Shown piece by piece: positions 61,297-64,000 of a stretch of 64,000 nucleotides of DNA. Source of the stretch: Kofleriaceae bacterium (lineage in GTDB: Bacteria > Myxococcota_A > Polyangia > Haliangiales > Haliangiaceae); assembly GCA_965215005.1 (NCBI GenBank), contig CBDCCZ010000004.1:64001-128000 (forward strand). Reading direction: 5' to 3'. The number at the start of each line of letters is the position of its first letter. The first letter of the stretch is position 1. The translations under genes and the position numbers were made by a program. The notes beneath the pieces are model-generated. The model made no database searches and was not told the origin of the DNA. It saw only the letters and a program-made list of their open reading frames with translations.

Positions 61297-62163
61297 ATGG
61301 GAATTTCAATTGTCACCAACGTCGCCTCGCTCTCGGCGCAGCGGAACTTGGGTCGTGCCCAGGAGATGCAGCAGTCGAGCGTAGGGCGGCTTTCCTCGGG
61401 GTTGCGCATCAACAGGGCCGCGGACGACGCTGCAGGGCTCGGCATCAGCGAGTCGCTACGGGCCGACATTCGCAGTCTGTCGCAGGCCAAGCGCAACGCC
61501 AGCGACGGCATCAGCATGACGCAGGTCGCAGAAGGCGCGATGAACGAGATCCAAGGTATCGTCGGCCGCATGCGCGAGCTGGCGGTGCAGTCGGCCAACG
61601 GTACGCTCGGGACTACCGAGCGCGGCTACATCCAGACCGAATTCAACGCGCTGCGCTCCGAGATCAACCGCATCACCGAGGTGACGGAGTTCAACGGTCG
61701 CAAGTTGATCAATGGCTCCACAGCCGCGGGTGTCGCCTTCCAAGTCGGCATTCAAAACACCACCAACGATCGTCTCACGCTGAGCATTGCGGCGCTGTCA
61801 GCAGGAGCGTTGGGTAGCACTGGCAGTGTCGCTACTGGCGCCGCAACCAACGTGGTGGGCTCTCAAAGCCTTTCCACCGCCAGCAAAGCGCAAAGCGCGA
61901 TCGCTGTTTTTGACTCAGCGATCAAGCAGCTCTCGACCGCTCGTGCCGGCATCGGCGCAATGCAGAACCGGCTCAGCGTCACCCTCAACAACCTATCGGT
62001 GTCGCACGAGAACCTCACGGCCGCGGAGTCGCGCATCCGCGATGTCGACGTCGCCGAAGAAACCAGTGCGCTCACGAGAAGTCAGATCCTCAGTCAGGCG
62101 AGCATCTCGCTCTTGTCGCAGGCAAATCAGTTGCCCGGCTCAGCGCTGGCCCTCCTCGGCTAA
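61297..62163 (+). CDS. fliC: Flagellin 4 (288 aa)
   Basis: Flagellin N- and C-terminal motifs; 42 bp after flagellin 3. Confidence 0.98.
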   Translation: MGISIVTNVASLSAQRNLGRAQEMQQSSVGRLSSGLRINRAADDAAGLGISESLRADIRSLSQAKRNASDGISMTQVAEGAMNEIQGIVGRMRELAVQSANGTLGTTERGYIQTEFNALRSEINRITEVTEFNGRKLINGSTAAGVAFQVGIQNTTNDRLTLSIAALSAGALGSTGSVATGAATNVVGSQSLSTASKAQSAIAVFDSAIKQLSTARAGIGAMQNRLSVTLNNLSVSHENLTAAESRIRDVDVAEETSALTRSQILSQASISLLSQANQLPGSALALLG

Positions 62164-62363
62164 TCGCTCTGGCTCTCCGCTCGCCCCTTCGCCAGAGCCT
62201 CACGCGTGGGGGCCGCTGCTCGCGGCTCCCACGTTGCCCTTGCCGTTTTGGGTCCATTCGTCATCCGCTCGCCCACGTCCAACCCGCACTTCAGAGATCG
62301 CGGCGGTCGACCGATACACCAAGCACTACCCGTGTCCATTTCCGCGGCTGCCATCCGTTAGCA

Positions 62364-62388
62364 CTCAACCTCACGTCTATGCGGACGA
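62364..62388 (+). promoter_or_regulatory. sigma28-like promoter of fliD
   Basis: CTCAAC-N12-CGGACGA; second candidate TCAG-N15-ACCGATAC at 62291-62317. Confidence 0.6.
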
Positions 62389-62429
62389 ATCAGCAGCAGA
62401 CGTCATCGTGACACGTTAGGAAGTTTTCA

Positions 62430-63761
62430 ATGCCAGGCATCTCCTTCTCCGGCCTCGCCAGCGGCCTCGACACCGGCTCCATCGTCGATCAGCTCGTCGC
62501 CCTCGAGCGTGCGCCGATTCGCCAGCTCGAGACGCGCAAGCGGCAGACCAGCACGCAAATCTCCACCGTTAGCGACCTGGTTTCCAAGCTTACGGCGCTC
62601 AAGGAGAAGGGCGATGCGCTGAAGGAACCAAGCGACATTCGCGCCTTCAAAGCCACCTCCACCGACGAGGCGGCGGTGAAGGTGGCAAGCTCGGGCTCCG
62701 CACAGCCGGGCGTCTACAACGTGCGCGTGCAGCAGCTCGCACGCGGCGAGACGACCGTGTCCGACGCATTCGCCTCTGACTCGGCGGGTATCGCTGGCAG
62801 CGGCAGTTTCACTCTCACCATGGGCAATGGTGAGGAGGTGAGTATCGATTACGACTCCAGCCACTCGCTGAGTGGGATTGCTACGTTGATTAACGACAGC
62901 GGCGCTCCGGTGGCGGCATCGGTGCTGTTCGATGGCTCGCAATACCAGCTCATGGTGAGCTCGACAGCCACCGGCTCGGACGCGGCCATCAGCTTTGGAG
63001 CCAGCTCCCTTGGTCTCGAGAAGGCTGCCAACGAGAAGGTGGCGGCGCAAAACGCCGTCATCGAGCTCAACGGCATCACCGTGAGTCGCGCGAGCAACAC
63101 CATGTCGGATGTGCTTGCCGGCGTCACACTCACGGTCGCCAAACAAACCGCGGCGACCGACCCACCGGCGGTGGTAACGGTCGCATCTGATGCCGGCGCC
63201 GTGAAGGACAAGCTCCAGAGCTTTGTCGATGCTTACAACGGCGTCGTCGACCTTCTCAATCGCGAGCTCTCGTACACCGGCACCGCGAAAGGTCAAGAGT
63301 CGCTGTTTAGTGACAGCACGTTGCAGGGACTGCAGCGGACTCTGCGCAGCCAGTTCACCGAGCAGATGTCCCACAATGGCGGCTCGATTCGCCTCGGCGA
63401 TATCGGCTTCAAGCTCGACAACGTCGGTCGCATGTCGCTCGACGCAACGAAGCTCGAGGAGGTCCTTGCAAACGACTCCGAAGCTATCGAGAACGCGTTC
63501 TCGGGTGAAAATAGCGACGGCATCACTTACAAGTTCGCCGGACTGGTCGACTCATACACACGCGCGGGTGATGGATTCCTCAGTACCAAAAAGAAGAGCC
63601 TCGAGGGTCGGATCAAAGGGTTCGATAGCCAGATCGAGCGCGTGGAGGTTCGCGCCGGCGACCTTCAAGAGCGCCTCTCGCGGCAATTTTCTGCCCTCGA
63701 GTCGATGATGATCGAGCTTCAGAACCAGGGGAACTACCTCGCATCCATGTTTGCCCGCTGA
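62430..63761 (+). CDS. fliD: Flagellar filament cap FliD
   Basis: GLASGLDTGSIVDQLVALE, VQQLA, SNT..DVLAGVTL, FVDAYN, QFSALE. Confidence 0.96.
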   Translation: MPGISFSGLASGLDTGSIVDQLVALERAPIRQLETRKRQTSTQISTVSDLVSKLTALKEKGDALKEPSDIRAFKATSTDEAAVKVASSGSAQPGVYNVRVQQLARGETTVSDAFASDSAGIAGSGSFTLTMGNGEEVSIDYDSSHSLSGIATLINDSGAPVAASVLFDGSQYQLMVSSTATGSDAAISFGASSLGLEKAANEKVAAQNAVIELNGITVSRASNTMSDVLAGVTLTVAKQTAATDPPAVVTVASDAGAVKDKLQSFVDAYNGVVDLLNRELSYTGTAKGQESLFSDSTLQGLQRTLRSQFTEQMSHNGGSIRLGDIGFKLDNVGRMSLDATKLEEVLANDSEAIENAFSGENSDGITYKFAGLVDSYTRAGDGFLSTKKKSLEGRIKGFDSQIERVEVRAGDLQERLSRQFSALESMMIELQNQGNYLASMFAR

Positions 63762-63772
63762 GGAGATGAGAT

Positions 63773-64000
63773 ATGTACGCAAGAGCTGCAAGAGCCTACA
63801 AGCAAGTCGATCTCGAGTCGGCGCCCAAACCGCAAATCCTCGATCGGCTCTACACTCGCCTACTGCGTGATTTGGACGAAGGGAGCGCCGCCATCGCTGC
63901 GCGTGACGTCAAGGCGCGCGCCGCAGCGTTCGACCACGCGCTGCGTATCGTTACCGAGCTCAAGGCCGCGCTCGACCATGACATTGCCCCCGAGCTGTGC
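63773..64000 (+). CDS. fliS: Flagellin chaperone FliS (truncated by the window end)
   Basis: Translated by hand: MYARAARAYKQVDLESAPKPQILDRLY...ALRIVTELKAALD. Confidence 0.9.
   Translation, partial: MYARAARAYKQVDLESAPKPQILDRLYTRLLRDLDEGSAAIAARDVKARAAAFDHALRIVTELKAALDHDIAPELC

Overview
GC-rich bacterial chromosome segment, most likely Myxococcota. The assignment rests on an ald-ECF sigma-anti-sigma-frzS block that matches the aldA-rpoE1-orf5-frzS order I recall from Myxococcus xanthus, plus a cdnL/CarD gene and a myxobacterial-style Cys-rich lipoprotein. The first ~21.8 kb is housekeeping and signalling: nuoABCD+G, macro domain, cdnL, MshEN-REC-TPR, arsR, pcm, EamA, hflX, HD-GYP, frzS, ECF pair, ald, argJ. 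From 29.7 kb to the window end is an apparently intact flagellar cluster (flgB to fliS, four short flagellins, two nearly identical), unexpected for a group whose classic cultured members are non-flagellated. Promoter motifs read from the DNA tie the intervening 21.8-29.5 kb block into the flagellar regulon. Three sigma54 promoters share a 17-bp upstream element and have the ATG exactly 14 nt after the -12 GC; they precede flgB, fliM and an uncharacterised beta-barrel/lipoprotein/HDOD operon. Seven sigma28-like promoters precede flgM, three fliC copies, fliD, an NBD-only Hsp70 and a two-kinase operon. No motAB, fliL, che, csrA or fliW genes are in the window. Product calls come from motif recognition only; no database searches were run.
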